From NCBI RefSeq assembly GCF_001194135.2, contig NC_069007.1:3308804-3357973 (forward strand): a stretch of 49,170 nt of DNA, given 5' to 3'. Each line of letters begins with the position of its first letter. Within the stretch, counting starts at the first letter, position 1. Origin of the DNA: Octopus bimaculoides (taxonomy: Eukaryota). The position numbers were made by a program, and so were the translations under genes. Below are positions 47,986 through 49,170 of the stretch, piece by piece. Under the pieces are notes generated by a model. That model was not told the origin of the DNA, searched no databases, and was given only the letters and a program-made list of their open reading frames with translations.

Positions 47986-49170
47986 CAAAGATATACATAC
48001 ACACAGTCATGCACACACAAACATATACACACTCACCTGTACATACATATATACTCTTTTACTCTTTTACTTGTTTCAGTCATTTGACTGTGGCCATGCT
48101 GGAGCACCGCCTTTAGTCGAGCAAATCGACCCCAGGATTTATTCTTTGGATACCTAGTACTTGTTCTATCGGTCTCTTTTGCTGAACCGCTAAGTTACAG
48201 CGACATAAACACACCAGCATCGGTTGTCAAGCGATGTTGGGTGGACAAACACAGACAGGGGGAGAGAGAACTTTATAACTTGATATGCAGATGTAACAGA
48301 GTTCAAGGTCAGTCTGTGCCAAGTTGCTTCTCTTCGCATACTTTTAGCTCCGTTACCATAACAACAGTCCTGATATTTCGGAGGCTTTTCGCACCTGTTA
48401 TGGTCAAAGGGAGATAACTGGAGGTGATGAACTTGGGTGCCTTTTTTTTTTAAAAAAAAAACCTAAAGCTGCTTGAGTTTAGCCTTGCAAAGTGGCCAGA
48501 GTGAGGCATTGCCCCAGCATGGCCAGTCCAATGACTGAAACATACAAAAGTAAAAGTACCATATGTTATTTTGTTTAGCGCTCTACCAGTTCGTTTAATC
48601 CACCACCAACTTCAGGTTAAATAACAGATGAATGTAAATAACACATTGCGACCAAGCTGTAGCAATTCTGCTTCATACGTGGTGGTGGTGGTGGTGGTGG
48701 TGGTGGAAGGGGGTTGGTGGTTTTAATGAATTCATTAAAGAACTCACTGTTAATTAACCAATTGACAATGTAAATTGTCGCTGCTGGATTAGTAAATATT
48801 TACAAATCTAATCCCGCATGGATTAGTTTACGTTAATTAGAGAAGAAACAAAGAAAGAGAGCAACAACACAAGGTTCCAGTACATGGTGGTGGTGGTGGT
48901 GGAGGAGGAGGAAGTGTTGGTGGTGTAATAGTGGTGGTGGTGGGGTAATAGTGGTGATGGAGGGGATGAAAGTTGCAGCGGTGGGGGAGAAAGTGTTGGA
49001 GGTGTAATAGTGTAGAGGTGATGGCAATTGCAGTGGTGATGATTGTGGTGGTGGTGGTGGTCGTCGTCGTCGTCGCCGTTGTGGTCGTCTTGATTGGAGC
49101 AGCATTGCTCGTGATTGTAGTAGCACTGTTGGTTATGCATAGTGATGATGATAGTGATGATGAACAGGGT

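Noticed and set aside
1443-49140. Numerous low-complexity ORFs (YIYI, HTHT, poly-H/V/L/D, X-runs) in the ORF track
   Set aside because: Translations of microsatellites and N-gaps; no coding signal.
47946-49170. Further C2 exon (expected ELY.Q...V.VMFASI)
   Set aside because: Not found in any frame; the remaining exons lie beyond the window.

Overview
Eukaryotic, AT-rich, microsatellite- and SINE-dense genomic scaffold with many N-gaps. The repeat families look like those of coleoid cephalopods, most likely Octopus (recognition from memory, no search run). One protein-coding gene dominates, on the + strand: a transmembrane class III adenylyl cyclase of the ADCY5/6 type. I reconstructed 16 coding exons (6558-47945) with GT-AG junctions and consistent phases throughout, giving 3228 nt = 1076 codons. 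They cover the N-terminus, M1, C1a, C1b, M2 and the start of C2; the C2 catalytic exons lie beyond the window. Introns and flanks hold two decayed mariner transposons, R4/Dong-like and RTE-like LINE fragments, at least three tRNA-derived SINE families, a Helentron-type (HINE/DINE-1-like) element, two foldback MITEs with GGTC termini and 8-bp TSDs, a near-perfect 168-bp palindrome, and several minisatellites. Most entries in the supplied ORF track are microsatellite or gap artefacts. I found no clearly novel multi-gene system. The best leads are: a phase-compatible alternative micro-exon made by local duplication of an exon end in C1b; substitutions in otherwise conserved regulatory helices of the cyclase; the GGTC/8-bp-TSD MITE pair; and foldback structures near exons that could be A-to-I editing substrates.
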